DNA of 64,000 bases from Chiloscyllium plagiosum (lineage: Eukaryota), in contig NC_057718.1 in NCBI RefSeq assembly GCF_004010195.1, positions 63,202,225 through 63,266,224 of the forward strand. Direction: 5' to 3'. The first letter of the stretch is position 1. Every line of letters begins with the position of its first letter. The position numbers and the translations under genes are program-made. A model generated the notes under the pieces. The model did not search any database, had not been told where the DNA came from, and saw only the letters and a list, made by a program, of their open reading frames with translations. Below are positions 1-13,879 of the stretch, one piece after another.

Positions 1-2310
1 AAACAAAAACTAGGAGTCAGTATTTATTAACAATAATGGATGTGTCCACTAGACTTTCAGAGGTTATTCCATTACACAATATCATAGCTAAAAGGATTTT
101 ACAGGAGTTAGTCAAGTGCTTCACTAAATAAGGACTACCCACAGGGATATAATCAGATCAATGGTTAAACTTTATATCAAAATTATTCAAGGAAGTTATG
201 GACAGCTCAGGAATAAAACAATTCAAATCTACTGCATACCATCCAGAATCGCAGGGAGCGCTAGGAGGTGGCATCAGACATTAAAGACCATGTTGAGGGC
301 TTATAGTCAAGACTATCCATTTGATTGGGATAAAGGAATTCCATTTGTACTTTTTTGCGATCAGAGATGCACCAAATGAATCGACTAAATTGAGTCCATT
401 TAAATTAGGTTTTGGGCATGAAGTGAGAGGACATTTAAAATTGATTAAGGAGAAATTGGTAAGTTATAATTCAGAGACCACATATTTGGATTGTGTGTCA
501 GATTTAAGGGCGTGATTAAATAGAGCTGGGGAGGGTGTTAGCTACACAGCATTTAAAAGTACCACAGTATACAATGAAATGGGAAGCAGACAGGAATTAA
601 AAACTCACAATTTTGCTATTAGAGATAAGATGTTAGTGTTACTTCCAGTGGTAGGTGAACCTTTAAAAGCAAGGTTTAGTGGACCTTACCAAGTCGAAAG
701 GAGATTGAGTGAAGTGAACTATTTGATAAGGACTCAAGACATAAAGAAACCTCACAGGGTATGTCATGTGAATATGCTTAAAAGGTATTTTTACAGGGAA
801 GGAAAGCCAAAGGAGACTGTGTTATTGGTTACAACACAGAGTGAAAACCAAGTTTATAAGATTCTGAATTGGACATTCCTCAAATTAAGTTGGGCAATGA
901 GGAGCTTGTCAAAAATTGGCATACATTTTTGAGTTACCTTCCAGAGGAGAATCAAAATAACCTGAAAGAGTTATTGCTCACACAGGGAGATATGTGGAAA
1001 TAAGCTGGGTAGTACTAACCTAATTATGCATGATGTAGATATAGGAAATGCTGTTCCAATTAAACAACTTTAGAAGGCATAACCTTCTAAAGTTGGCACA
1101 GGTTGAAAAGGAGTTTGAACGCATGCTCCAAGGCGACATAATTGAAGTGAGTTACAGTGACTAGAGCTCACCTATAGTAATGGTGCTAAAGCCACATGGT
1201 ACCTAGTGGTTATGTGTGGACTATTGCAAAGTCAATGCAGTTACAAAAACTGATGCATATCCAATTCTACATTTGGAAGACTGTGTTGAAAAGGTGGGAA
1301 AGCAACTTACATTTCTAAATTGGACTTGCTCAGAGGATATTGACAGGTACCTTTGTCCAAAAGAGCAAAGACTATTTCAGTTTTCGTAACACTAAACGGA
1401 ATATATCATTTTAAAGTCATGCCGTTTGGTATGAAAAATGCACCAGCCGCATTTCAAAGACTAACCGATAAGGTAATTTCCGGGTTACCCAATTGTGTCA
1501 CGTGTATAGATGACCAATGATTTTTAGTCTAATGTAGAAGGAACATTTGCAAGTTTATCAGAATTATTTGATGGACTTCAGGAGGCAGGCTTGGTGATAA
1601 ACCTGGTTAAAAGTAAATTTGCAATGCCCAAGTCACCTTCCTGGGCCATGTTATTGGACATGGAGAAACAACCCCATGGAATGCAAAAACAATGGTAATC
1701 GGGGAATTTCCCATGCCATCGACAAAAAGAGCAGTACTATGATTCCTGTGATTGACTGGATTTTATTGGATATTCATACTAAATTTTAGCATTGTGGCTG
1801 CTCCACTCACTGAATTACTAAAGAAAGGCAAGAAGTTTCAGTGGATAGCAGACTGTCAGAAGGCATTTGACAGTCTGAAAGCTGTTCTAATCACTGCACC
1901 AATGTTAGCCACACCTAATTACACAAAGCCATTCAAGATGGCTATCGATGCGAGTGATGTGGGTGTCGGTGCTGTGCTCTTACAGGAAGATAATGGGAAG
2001 ATAGGAAGACTTATTGGGTATTTCTCCAGGAAACTGAACATTCATCAGCAGAAATATTCAACAGTTGAGAAAGAAACTTTAAGCTTGGTGTTGGCGTTAC
2101 ATGATTTCAATGTCTATATTACCAATAATGTATCTGAGACAATCATATAAACTGATCATAACCTATTGAAATTTGTGGAGAGATTTAAGGGCACAAATTC
2201 CAGACTGTTTAGTTGGAGCTTGTTGTTACAGCCATTCAATTTGAAAATTGTATGTGTGGCAGGACAAGAAAACGTGATTGCCAATGCATTGTCGAGACTT
2301 GGATGAGAAA
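1..2310 (+). mobile_element. Decayed Ty3/gypsy (Gmr1-like) LTR retrotransposon pol, order integrase-RT-RNase H
   Basis: Integrase core (YLLTIMDVSTR..., YHPESQGAL.RWHQTLKTML) and GPY/F motif (ARFSGPYQV...HVNMLKRY) at 1-830. RT (CVDY.KVNAVT, KLDLLRGY, MPFGMKNAP, CIDD) at about 1100-1700. RNase H (IDASDVGVGAVLLQ, YFSRKL, YSTVEKE) at 1750-2300. Many stops and frameshifts. Confidence 0.92.
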
Positions 2311-2479
2311 TGGAGGTGTTCGATGGCAGAAGTAAATGAACTGGAACAGAATGCAGCAGTGCATGTTTGCAAGTTTATAGTCAATGTAATGTATATGAAT
2401 GTTGTAGTGTACTAACAGGAAAAGATTAATGGGTTTTAAAATGAAGCTATCTTTGGATATTGATGTTTCAATTTTTTTT

Positions 2480-2780
2480 AAAGGGGGGTGCAGGTGTGAC
2501 AATGCTGCTCCTTTAACAAGGTGTTATTTTCAGAGGGGTCAAAAAGTCATGGTTCTGAGATGTCTGTATTTATCTACTTGAAGAAGCTTTTAAGTCTTAA
2601 AAAAAAACTCCTACAATGTGACCAGTTCTCACAACTCAGTTTTCCTCTGGATTGGTTGGTTTTAGCACTCAGTGTATGTCCTGCCCTGGTTTGGCTTACT
2701 AAAGTGCAACACTGTTCTGGTTCTGCTAGTCAGTTCATCTTTAAAGTAGGCTGCTCCTCTTAGGGAGAAACTGCTTTGAG
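2480..2780 (+). mobile_element. Polypurine tract and start of the 3' LTR of the gypsy element
   Basis: AAAGGGGGGTGCAGG is followed by TGTGAC at 2495, just after pol. The start resembles the solo LTR at about 40605 (minus strand). The end point is uncertain. Confidence 0.6.
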
Positions 2781-3359
2781 TGATATTGCTAGAATTAAAT
2801 AAATGAAAACTAAATACCAGTGGAAAGGGAGAGAAATGGTTCCAGAATGTTTGATGCACCACTAGATCAATTAAAGTGGACAAGAGGAGAAATCTCAGGA
2901 GGTGAAGATTTATTGATCTAGCATCAATTGCTATTTGCCAGAGTGATCCAAACTTCTATTAGCCATTGAGTAAAGAGATATTTCTTAATTGTCCTCCTGA
3001 ACAGTCTGGTTCTTGTTTTTCCTAGATCACCGACTGCAAAAATACTTTCTCTCTTCTTCATCTGTTCCCCTTAATCTCTTGAAAACTTTAAACAAATAAC
3101 CTCTTAAACTCCTAATTTCCAGGGAATAAATTCTAGATGGCATTCCATCTTCTCATAACTTAAGAATCCAGGCAAACCATGTTACCTCTTAATTTGCATG
3201 ATGTAACAGGCAACCAGTGGGAACTGTGCTGCTGGCTGCACACTCAAACAGGCTGTAATAGTATACAAGGCTAGCGCCAGCTCTTAAAAGCAGTCCAAGC
3301 CTCTTAAAAGGGAGCTGCGCTAACAGAAAGAACGTACTGTAATTAGCTGCAACTGAAAA

Positions 3360-3580
3360 CATGGAAAATGGAGCTGATGGCAGAGAGAGGATACCCAAGT
3401 TCACAGATGTGGTGCTTTGTCATGGAGGTCAGCTGATGGAGATAAGCCATATTTTATGACAGAAGAGAGTTTATGTCAATAAGAGAAGGCTTTCTGAGGG
3501 GAAGAAAAGCTGGTACCACTGACAATGAAAGAATTCTAGGAACAAGGTCTTGCCACCATTCTGTAAAAAGTTCAATGTTC
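3360..3580 (+). mobile_element. Possible decayed PIF/Harbinger Myb/SANT-like ORF fragment
   Basis: Translates as ...RERIPKFTD... and later CKKFN, resembling the R.PRFSD...CRKKFND pattern of Harbinger DNA-binding ORFs. Heavily degraded. Confidence 0.35.
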
Positions 3581-3624
3581 TCATGTGGCATTGTGGGTTC
3601 ACCAAGTGGACTGCAGCATTCATG

Positions 3625-3722
3625 AAAGAAGCTCACCACTACCTTCTCAAGGGCAATTAGGGACAGACAATAAATGCTAGCCAGCTAACAAAACCCACAT
3701 CTCATCAATGAATACAAAAAAA
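3625..3722 (+). mobile_element. CR1-type LINE 3' tail
   Basis: GCTCACCACTACCTTCTCAAGGGCAATTAGGGACAGACAATAAATGCT matches the LINE end at 50040-50130. Confidence 0.7.
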
Positions 3723-3727
3723 TAAAG

Positions 3728-4661
3728 TTGTGACACCTAAGGCAAGAGGAGTGCTCTGTCATTCTAATCCCACAACTCCAAGAGTAAAATCATAAGGCAA
3801 AAATAATTTTCCAGTTACTATGATGACCAGTTATATACATCATTTATATCTGAAATTAAACAAAATGATCTGTCAATCAGGTATCATAATAATCACAATT
3901 ATGGGTCTTTTATCAAAACAAAATACATTCAATAGAAAGGTAATAATTGAGTAACATAAAGTCAGTAACATCTAAGTATAAATGTTTATCCCTATATGTA
4001 TCCACAAAACATGTGCAATTACAAACATATACACATGCATACATAAACACTTCCAAGGAAAAAGGAAAAACAAAATCTCTGTAAAGTCTGACTTTCGAAA
4101 AAAAAACTTTGGCCAATCAGTTATTCTTGAAGGGAAAAGGATAAAGTGCAGGATGTTCTGGAGTTTGTTGCTCTATTGCTCTGGCACACTTGTGCAAGGC
4201 ACTGATCAGCCATAGTTGTCTCTGAAGTCTTGCAGATAAGAAATATGTTCTTTCAGTCAAGTTTTCAAAGGGATAAATAACTTCCTGAACAGATGCAGAT
4301 TTTTTTCAGAAATGGCAAGCTGGGCAGCTTGTTCATAGTAAACTTTCCTCCAGCACAACTTGTTGTTGGTAGATAATAGCCTCGGCAGGGTATGCAAGAA
4401 AGCAAGTAGTTATCACCAGTCATATGATTTCTAGGAAGGCTTGTTCAAAAAGGAAATCACCAATATTCACACTGAACTTTCAATGATCTCTTCTAAAGAA
4501 ATCACTCCAAGTATGCTTATAAAACTTAAAATAAATTCCCTTTTCCACAATGTTCCAAAATTTAAGTCTTTCAAGCAATACTAGATATAATGCATCTTTG
4601 TAACAACGGTGATTGCATCTTCAGAGGACATTTTTTTCCACGATACCATAAACATCTCACA
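3728..4661 (-). mobile_element. Probable solo LTR (decayed)
   Basis: Minus strand begins TGTGAGA and ends ...GTGTCACAAC. Non-coding, with LTR-like composition. Confidence 0.35.
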
Positions 4662-4710
4662 CTGCTCAATCCATTACACTCCCATCAATTACTTATCAAT
4701 AATACATAGC

Positions 4711-4911
4711 AGGAGAAAGTGAGGACTGCAGATACTGGAGATTAGAGTCGAAAATGTGGTGCTGGAAAAGTACAGCAGGTCAGGCAACATCCGAGGAGCA
4801 AGAAAATCAACATTTTGAGATTCCTGATGAAGGGCTTTTGCTCGAAATGTCGATTTTCCTCCTCCTCGGATGCTGCCCGACCTGCTGTGCTTTTCCAGCA
4901 CCGCACTCTCG
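4711..4911. mobile_element. Palindromic Penelope-derived short element with hammerhead-like core
   Basis: Inverted arms (GCTGGAAAAG.ACAGCAGGTCAGGCA.CATCCGAGGAG and its reverse complement) flank CTGATGA-AGGGCTTTTGCTC-GAAATGTC at 4824-4851. Confidence 0.75.
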
Positions 4912-5494
4912 GCAATAATCAATAGCAATCAGGACTCAGGCCTAGTATTCAGATCGCCCATCTAATCTTCACACACCCTCTTATGATGACAGCCTCATAC
5001 CCAGCTCTTGCTGCCTTGACATACATCTAGTAATTAATATCTCAGTTTCTAACCTGCACATGCTATGGCCGCCCAGTTTTGTAGTCAAAACTTAGATGGA
5101 GATCCACACAGGTTCAGATTGCTACCACCATTATTGCAGATCTCAGTGTTCACTGGGACTTGCACATACTCAAGGTAGTCCAGCAAACTACCATCCAGAG
5201 GCTACTATGATGGGTGAGATGCACCATGTGGCAGTGGCATTATGGCACACAAACCTGCTGTCCTCTTTCAGAATGACAGCATTTGTGATCCTAGAGCTGC
5301 TGTTCCACTAGTGACCTTGCTGTTATCTTTCAGCTAGCCCAGAATGCTGGTGGTGTTGAGAAGGTGGATCCAGGCCCTGAAGGCTCAGAATTTGATTGAC
5401 CTGTTAGACTATCTGCAAACATCCCAAGTGAAAGTCAAGAGCCACTGGGTAGCATTTTGTAGCAATGCTTGGGGTGGGGAACATTAACTCTGGG

Positions 5495-5838
5495 GAAATG
5501 GTGCAGTAGTTGTTATAATCCAGAAGCCCAGGCTAATACTCTGGAGACACGGTTTCAAATTCCACTATGGCGCTGATGAAATTTAAATTTGACTAACAAA
5601 ATCTCGAATATAAAGCAATTCTCAATAATAGTGACCATGGCATCTATCATGACCCTTTTGATTTAGTCATGCACTTTATGCAATGAAATCTGTTATCTTG
5701 ACTGGTATAACTGACATGTGGCTCCAGGCCTGGTATTGTGGTTGACTCTTAAGTGCCACCTGGAAAGACCGAGAAAACCACTCAATTCAAGTGTTTAGGG
5801 ATAGGGAATAAATGCTGTCCTTTGCCAGTGATGCCCTG
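5495..5838 (+). mobile_element. LF-SINE-like tRNA-derived SINE (old)
   Basis: A/B-box-like head, TGTGGTTGACTCTTAA core, and a GGGAATAAATGCTG tail shared with the CR1-type LINE. Confidence 0.55.
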
Positions 5839-5917
5839 ATATGTTTTGGAGACCTGAAGGTAGCAGAAATGGCAGACAACTTGAGAATGGAGGCATTATA
5901 TTAGAATAAAACATGGG

Positions 5918-6160
5918 GCACTGGAAAAGCACAGCAGGTCGGGCAGCATCCGAGGAACAGAACATTCAACATTTTCGGCACAAGCCCTTCAGAGTGGATA
6001 GGTGGGAATGAAGATGGACAGTTAGGACAATTCGAGAAGGTGGTGGAGGGTTGGATCTAGGGTCAAGTGGGGGTAAGGGAGATAGAGAAACTTGTGAAAT
6101 CGACATTGATACCATATGGTTGGAGGGTCCCTAGGTGGAAGATGAGGTGTTCTTCCTCCC
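5918..6160 (-). mobile_element. Penelope-like element 3' fragment
   Basis: Same terminal arm as 4711, plus sequence antisense to the EEHLIFHLGTLQP.GINVDF-type C-terminus seen at 34140-34200. Confidence 0.7.
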
Positions 6161-6502
6161 ACCAGCGCAAACAATCTCTCTCCTATCTGATCTATTCCCT
6201 TCAAAATTTTAGATTTTTCTATAAGATCCTCTCTCATTCTTCTAAATTTCAATGAATATAGTCCCAATCCACTCATTGTCTCCTCGTAAGTCAACCCCCT
6301 CAACTCTGAAATCAACCTATGAACCTCCCCTGCCCCTCTCTAGTGCCAGTACATTCTTTCTCAAGTAAGGAGACCAAAACTGTACACAGTAGTCCAGATG
6401 TGGCCTCACCAGCACCCCACACAGCTGCAGTATAACATCCCTATTTTTAAACTCCATTTCTCTAGCAATGAAGGACAATATTCTATTTCCTTTCTTAATC
6501 AT
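6161..6502 (-). mobile_element. CR1 LINE ORF2 C-terminal fragment
   Basis: LVRPHLDYCVQFWSPYLRK; LGLYSLKFRRMREDLIE. Confidence 0.9.
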
Positions 6503-9008
6503 GAAAAAGCATTATACAAATGAATGTCTTTTTTTGGATACAGTTACAGATTGTGTACTAGTAGAGATTGGATATGTCACTTGATCCCAGCTAAAATGGT
6601 CGGTTGTGTAGATGTTTAATTGTGACCTTCATGAGCACTAGCAGCCCCTTTTGACCTGGTATTGTTGAAGGAAATGATATGGTTCAGTGACCTTGGTCAT
6701 CTCCTTGGTGAATCTGATTTGCATCGGGTATTGATTCTTCAGAAGTTGGAAGTGTAAGAAGCACCTTCAAACTAATCTTTGGTGGATAGGACCTTATGTG
6801 AAGAGCAGGTCTTTTTCCCATCTCTGTGACCTCTGCCTCATTTCTCTTGTGTTATACATTAAAAGTCATTGCAACTGCAGCCTCCGTACTTCTTGCAGAA
6901 CTGGTTGGACAAATTCTTTGCCTTGCCTAATTGGTTAGCAGCTCATTCACAAACTTTGAAAGATGAACTATACTTCCACAAACTACCACAGCAGAAATAT
7001 GTCAAATTATCTCACATACAAGTTGGATGGCAAGCACTCTAAATGTGGGTGATTTTTGGGGAGTTGGTGTCCTTATACAGATTAATACAGGTTCACTTGT
7101 GCGTGATTAACACTTATGTTCAGTTGGCTTGCGTAGTCCAAGTTTGGAAGACATGCATTGATTAGTCCAACAGAAATTAATGCATCCCTTTCCAGAGTTT
7201 CTTGACAAAAACATGCTTCAGAAGGAGATAAGCACACAGTTTCTTCCCTTTGAAAACCTTCTCAAGGATGCGGAGACTTCAGTGTAAACAAAGGATCTGA
7301 CACACAGGTTCCTTCTCACCACCAGCCAAGTTATGAATTGATTCTTGGTCTGAAAGTTCTGGCGATGAGGCATTCTGCCAAATGTAAACCCTGTTTGAAC
7401 TGATTCAAGTTAGTTTTAAAATGATTTAGGATGAAACTTCAGAATCATCTTAGCATAAGAATTGCCCTTCTTTAATAGCATGGCCTGTTGAGGGATGAAT
7501 TGAAATGAACAAATTCTGATTAGGGACTTGAATCCTCAACTTAATTCAGCCCTCAAAATCATGTGAAGAAAGGTATTTAAAAATTTCGGGATGCACTTCT
7601 CAAACTTTAAAATCCAAGTCTTTATATTTGCCAAGGATGGTTTTTTTTTACACCACTTGAACTTTGAAACAAATTCTATCATTGAAAAGTGATTGAGAAT
7701 TTGGACAATACACACTTGTACACATATTTGACATTTTCGCAAATACTGCAGTGTTGCTTGGCAACATACCTCCACAAACATATAAAGTAAAGAAAAGACA
7801 AATAGTCCATTTTTCAAAGCTTGATTAATTTACGAGGCATCTGGCCTGGTAGTCTAACTCTTTGCGGAACAGTTTTTTGGGAGAGTATCAGGACAACCAT
7901 GATGAGAACCGGAAAGATTCTAACTCTCAGGCCTCAATCACATTTGCACGATTGAATTTTCTTCCTAATTACTGTCAGGTGGGTAGTCTAATATTAGGAT
8001 GACAGGAAACTACTTTTGGGCCTGCAGGAACATCCTCAGAAGAGATTATGTCCACTGAGGTGGCTGTGAGAAAAGATAGGAAACTAAAGCAAAGTGGTCC
8101 AAGGTTTCTTTGCGTGACCCAGGTGAGCACTCAACAAAGGCCTACTCTGTTCAGGTTTTCTTGATGTGTGCCCTTTCCAGTGACCACCCAAAAGTTAAAA
8201 GTTCATGAGACGCAAGAGAAACATTCATGGCATTCCTGACGTCTATTGCCAAATTGAATCAATTCTGACCTCCCAGAATTTACCCAAGGTAAACAACCAA
8301 TGAAGTGAGAAGTCCAGAATTCATTATGTGAACTGGGCAAACTGCTTAGATTTGAGTATCAATGGAATATTAACATCATTGACAAAAGGAGAGATCATTT
8401 GACTGTCTATTCCACTGAATTTCTAATTTGAGTCCAGCTTTGGGAAGGCAGCAGACAAAGGTAAGTTACCTTCTCACATACATAAATGGAAATCAGACAG
8501 TTTGTCTCCAGTAGATCATATTGGCGCACATCTTTTTATAGGAGTCCAACTGCAGAATTAGCAATGGCCAGAAAATGTTCTCTTTCTTCCAAAAAGGTGT
8601 TGAAGGGATATATGGCCCAAAGGAAATCGCCAACAAAATCAAAGTAGGAAAGGGAAGAAGGATGTATACCCTCACTGCACTATACCATAGAAAGGGCTCT
8701 TGTGGCACAGTAGTAGTACCACCACTCCATTGGTCTGTTGTAACATCTCTGATTAGGTCAAAAATATCAAAGATTCACAATACATTTCTCTATTTTTTTC
8801 TATTAATGAAGTCCATAAAATAGTTTTGGGGCCCTTTGGGTAGAGTTTCAGAAGCTAAGGAAAAATTAATAAACAGAACCGCAAAAGGAGTAGTATCAAA
8901 CTTACCTAGCAAATCGCTAGTGAATATAGAAACAGGAATATGCTGCAGGTAATTGTGTTTTTAAAAAATTAATTGTTTGTTGAGAAGTTGGTCAGAAACA
9001 AGGGTTTC

Positions 9009-9278
9009 AGATTTACATTACATTGTGGAAACAGGCCCTTCGGCCCAACAAGTCCACGCCGAACTGCCGCCCACCCATACCCATTCCCCTACACCTAACA
9101 CTACAGGCAATTTAGCATGGCCAATTCACCTAACCTGCACATTTTTTTGGGACCGTGGGAGGAAACCCACGCAGACACAGGGAGAATGTGCAAACTCCAC
9201 ACAGTCAGTTGCCTGAGGCGGGAATTGAATCCGGGTCTCTGGCGCTGTGAGACAGCAGTGCTAACCACTGTGCCGCCC
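9009..9278 (-). mobile_element. HE1-type V-SINE
   Basis: Reverse complement of the 58037 copy, with tRNA-like head, V-domain and LINE-derived tail. Confidence 0.9.
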
Positions 9279-9619
9279 AGATTTGTGGAGCATTTTGAGC
9301 ATGAGCTTGGATCATGAGGTGTGGGTGGAGGAGGGATGGAGTGCAGGAGTCAGGTTTCAAATCCTAATAGTTAACAGAACCATCGGGACAAAATCCTAGA
9401 GAACTGAGGTGGACATCCTGTACCTACCTCCACTTTGAAACCTGCACTACTAAGAGTACTTTTTCTGTGCCATGCTTGGAAATCTCCTGACCTTGAGCTA
9501 CTCAGCTCAGGAGGGAAAGCCTGGCCCTTTCACTTTGTTTCTGCATTCATAAATGCAGAATGACTTGCTAAGTACTTCCAATATTTTCTATATTATGGAA
9601 GAAACCAATATAGACTCTG

Positions 9620-11545
9620 TTTCTAGGCAACGAAATAGGGAATGTGTAATGTGATTCGACAGTAAATCAACTGACAATGACAATAACATAGTTCTCAGTG
9701 CAGGAATCTCCTGTGGCCATTCCCCTGAAAAACAGATATACAACTTTAGAAACTGAGGGGAATGGCCTCCCAGGGCAGTAACATCCAGATTTATGGCATC
9801 ATGGTTGGCTCTGCCAAGAAGAGAAAGAAGTGTGGAAATGCAATTACTGATGGAGGATTCTATTGTAAATGGAATAGATAGGTGTTTCTGTGGCTGCAAA
9901 CAGGATCGTATATTGCCTCCCTGGTGCTAGGATCAAGGATGTCTTAGACCGGTTTCAGGATACCCTGGAGGATGAGGGTGAATGGCCAGTGGTTGTGATA
10001 CGCATTGGTATCAATGGCATGGATTAAAAAAGGGATAAGGCCCTAAAAACAGAATATAGGAAGTTAGGAAGCAAACTGAAACATAGGGCCTCAATGATTT
10101 TAGAATCACTGCCATGTGCTAATCAAAATAGACACAGCAAGATATATTGGATGAGCACATGGCTAAAGAAATTGATTAAGGTGAAGAGTTTCAAATTCCT
10201 CAAGTATTGGGACTGGTTTTGGGGAAGGTAGGGCCATACAAACTGAATGGGTTATACTTGGGCAAGACCAGAACTGACGCCCTTCAGTGAGTATCTGCTA
10301 GAGTGGTTGCCGACTGTTTAAATTAAAGTTGTCAGGGTAAATGGGACCCTATGTAAAGAGTCAGAGGAAGGGGAATTAAGGAAAGAACAAAAGACATTAC
10401 GAAGAATAAAGGAAGTGATAGAGGAATCAAAGGTGAGAATCAAAAAAGGTCACAGTAAAAAAAAGCGAGAATGGGACAAGGAACATTAAGAAGACAAGGC
10501 TTAAGGCTTTGTGTCTGAACGTACAGAAAATTCAAAATGAAGTGGAAAAATTAATCACGTAACAGATATAAATTGGTATGATAAATTAGTACTGCAGAGA
10601 CATGGCTGCAGGGTGACGGGATGGGTACTAAACATCTAGGGGTATTCAGTATTTAGTAAGGACAGTCAAAAAGGAAAAGATTGTGGAATTGTATTACTGG
10701 TTAGATTGGACAAATCAAAATAGTCACAATACCGCAGAGGAGGAATTCTGAGAGTGTATACGGTTTTCTGGACCAATGGATTGAGGATCCAACTAGGGAA
10801 CAGGCCATCTTAGATTAGATATTATGCAATGAGAGGAATAATTGGTATTGTAGTTGAGAGAGACCCTTTGGGGATGAGCAACCATAACATGACAGAATTC
10901 TTCATCAAGATGGTGAGTGAGGCAATTGACTCTGAGACTAGGACCCTGAGTCTTAAGAAGAGAAGCTACAATGGTATGAGGTATTAGTTGCCTACAATGG
11001 ATTAGAAATATTACTGAAAAGAATGACACTGGATAGATAATGGCAAACATTTAAAGAGCAAATGAATGAGCTACAAAAATTGTTTATTCCTGTCTAGCGC
11101 AAGAGTACAAAGAAATGGGTGGCATGGTGGCACAGTGGTTAGCACTACTGCCTTACAGCGCCAGAGACCCGGGTTCAATTCCTGACTCATTCGACTGACT
11201 GTGTGGAGTTTGCACATTCTCCCCGTGTCTGCTTCGGTTTCCTTTGGGTGCTCTGGTTTCCTCCCACCGTCCAAAGATGTGCAGGTCAGGTGAATTGACC
11301 ATGCTAAATTGCCTGTAGTTTTAGATAAAGGGGTATGGGTGGGTTGTGCTTCGGTGAGTCGGTGTGGACTTGTTGGGCCGAAGGGCCTGTTTCCACACTG
11401 TAAGTAATCTAATCTAAAACAGTGGCCAAATCATGGCTTATGAAGATTAGAGAGGTTCGGTGCAGGAAGGATATTCATGATGGTGGGTTTGTCCAGAACC
11501 AGGGGTCATAGTTTAAGGATGAGGTGTAAACTTTTTAGGACTGAG
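9620..11545 (+). mobile_element. Decayed CR1 LINE: ORF1 esterase region, ORF2 endonuclease and 3' pieces
   Basis: CLPGARIKDV...VVIRIGING (SGNH-esterase-like), ETWLQG, REQAILD, LGMSNHNM. Interrupted by a SINE at 11117. Confidence 0.8.
11117..11416 (+). mobile_element. HE1-type V-SINE
   Basis: TGGCACAGTGG A-box, GGTTCAATTCC B-box, TGTGTGGAGTTTGCACATTCTCCCCGTG V-domain, (TAATC)n tail. Confidence 0.92.
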
Positions 11546-11944
11546 ATGTGAAGTTGAGGTCCACTTGCCTGTCCAAGGCAGCTTTGCTGGCATTGGCCAG
11601 TGCGGTTGTCTCACTTGGGCAGGCTTGTTGACCTCCTCAGGCTTCATTACTCACACTAAAATATATAACAACAAGCCTCAAGACTGAGACTTCTTATGAG
11701 TTGCTTGACCCAGTCAAGCTTCACCCATTCCACTGTAGGTATTTGCACAAATAAACACTTTGGTTATGAAGGAGCCAAATCATTGAAAATGTTTACACTT
11801 CTCAGAGCTTGGAAGAAGTCTACCCTGCCAGGCACAAGCCTCAATACATCTTAAGTTTGTTAACACATGCCTTTTCCATTTTTGTCTAACAAGATTGTGC
11901 CAGTGTCATTGCACTGGACTGGATCATTCATGAGTATACATGAC

Positions 11945-13297
11945 ATAAGAACAACGATCAAAGAAACTTTACAGCCCAGGAACTGGCCATTCGGCCCTCC
12001 AAGCCTGAGCCAATCCAAATCCACTGTCTAAACTTGTCGCCCAATTCCTAAGCATCTATATCCCTCTGCTACCCACCTACTTATGCATCTGTCCAGACGC
12101 ATCTTAAATGAATCTACCATGCCTGCCTTTACTACCTCTGCTGGCAACGCGTTCCAGGCACCTACCACCCTCTGTGTAAAGTACTTGCCACTTGTATCCC
12201 CCTTAAACCTCTCACCTTGAAAGCATGATCTCTCGTTATTGAATCTTTCACCCTGGGAAAAAGCTTATCTCTATCTACCCTGTCCAAACCCTTCATGATT
12301 TTATAGACCTTAATCAGGTCCCCCCTCAATCTCCTTTCTTCGAATGAAAACAAACCTAACCTAATCAACCTCTCTTCATAGCTAGTACCTTCCATACCAG
12401 GCAACATAAACCTTGTTCTCTGGACCCTCTCCAAAGCGTTCACATCCTTTTGGTAATGTGGTGACCAGAACTGTACACAGTATTCTAAATGCGGTTGAAC
12501 CAATATCATGTACAATTTTAACATGACCTACCAACTCTTATACTCAAAACTCTGATAAAGGCAAGTATACCATATGCCTTCTTGATCACTCTATCCACCT
12601 GTGCAGCAATCTTCAGGGTACAATGGACCTGAGCTCCCAGATCTCTCTACTCATCAACTTTTCCCAAGGCTCTTCCGATTACTGTATAATTTGCTCTAGA
12701 ATTAGACTTCCCAAAATGCATCACCTCACATTTGCCTAGATTGAACTCCATCTGCCAGTTCTCTGCCCATCTCTCCAGTCAATCTATATTCTCCTGTATT
12801 CTTTGACAATCCCTATGCTTTCTGCTACTCCACCAATCTTCGTGTCATCTGCAAACTTGCTGATCATACCAACAGTGCTTTCTTCCAGATCATTTATGTA
12901 TATCACAAACAACAGTGACCCAAGCACTGATCCCTGTTGAACACAACTGGTCACCTTTCTCATTTTCAAGAAACTTCCTTCAACTACTACTGTCTGTCTC
13001 CTGTTGCTCAACCAGTTCTTTATCCACCTAGCTAGAATACCCTGCACACCATGTGACTTCACTTTCTCTATTAGTTTACCATAGGGAACCTTATCAAACA
13101 TCTTACTAAAGTCCATGTATATGAAATCTACAGCCCTTCCTTCATTTATCAACTTGGTCACTTCCTCAAAGAACTCTATTAGGTAGGTAAGGCACGATCT
13201 GTCACACACAAAACCATATTGCCTATAACTGATAAGCCCATTCTTTTCCAAATATAAATCGATTTTATCCCTCAGTATCCCTCCAGCAACTTTTCCA
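11945..13297 (-). mobile_element. CR1 LINE, RT domain to 3' end
   Basis: QYGF...SCLTYL, YMDFSK.FDKVP, QQGSVLG, KFADDTK, PHLEYCVQFWSP, RRLRGDLI. Confidence 0.95.
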
Positions 13298-13439
13298 TGC
13301 TAACGAATACAAAAAACGGACCAAAACTGACCCATCTGAAAGGTTCTGAGTAGGTAACAGCAAAACTTTAAACTACTGTTAGAAAACTGAATTTTTCCCT
13401 CTGCCCAATTAAGTTCCCCTGTTTGCCCTTTTGAAAACT

Positions 13440-13620
13440 CTTGGGGAAGGAAATTCACCGCCCTGCTTGATCTGGCTGACCTGTGACTCCAGACCCACAG
13501 CAATGAAGATGACTATTATTAACACTTTATCTCCTAGCAAGTCATTCAGTTCAGGAACAATTTAGAGATGAGCAACAAATGCTGGCATTACCAATGACAT
13601 CCACATTCCATGACATAATG
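13440..13620 (+). mobile_element. LF-SINE-like 3' half
   Basis: GTGACTCCAGACCCACAGCAATG core and CAACAAATGCTGGC...CCACATTCCATGA tail. Confidence 0.55.
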
Positions 13621-13879
13621 TTTTAAAAAGTCATGAAGAATAGGAGAAATAATGCACAATGTTGTTGTCATAGAATTGTTTCAGCACAATAGGAGGGTAT
13701 TTGACCATCTTGTCTACATGATTTCTCCAAGTTAGCAGTTCACTGTAACTGTGCAGATTATTCTTTTCAGATAACCATCTATTTCCCTACTGAATGTTTT
13801 TGCTTATTCTGCCTCAGGCAGTGTACACCTTGACAACTTACTGCTAGAAAAGATTTTCCTCATATTGCTTTTACATTTT

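Noticed and set aside
8430..8650. Donor AAG|GTAAGT at 8461 followed by an acceptor and a short open frame
   Set aside because: The implied intron is only about 50 bp and the peptide is unrecognisable.
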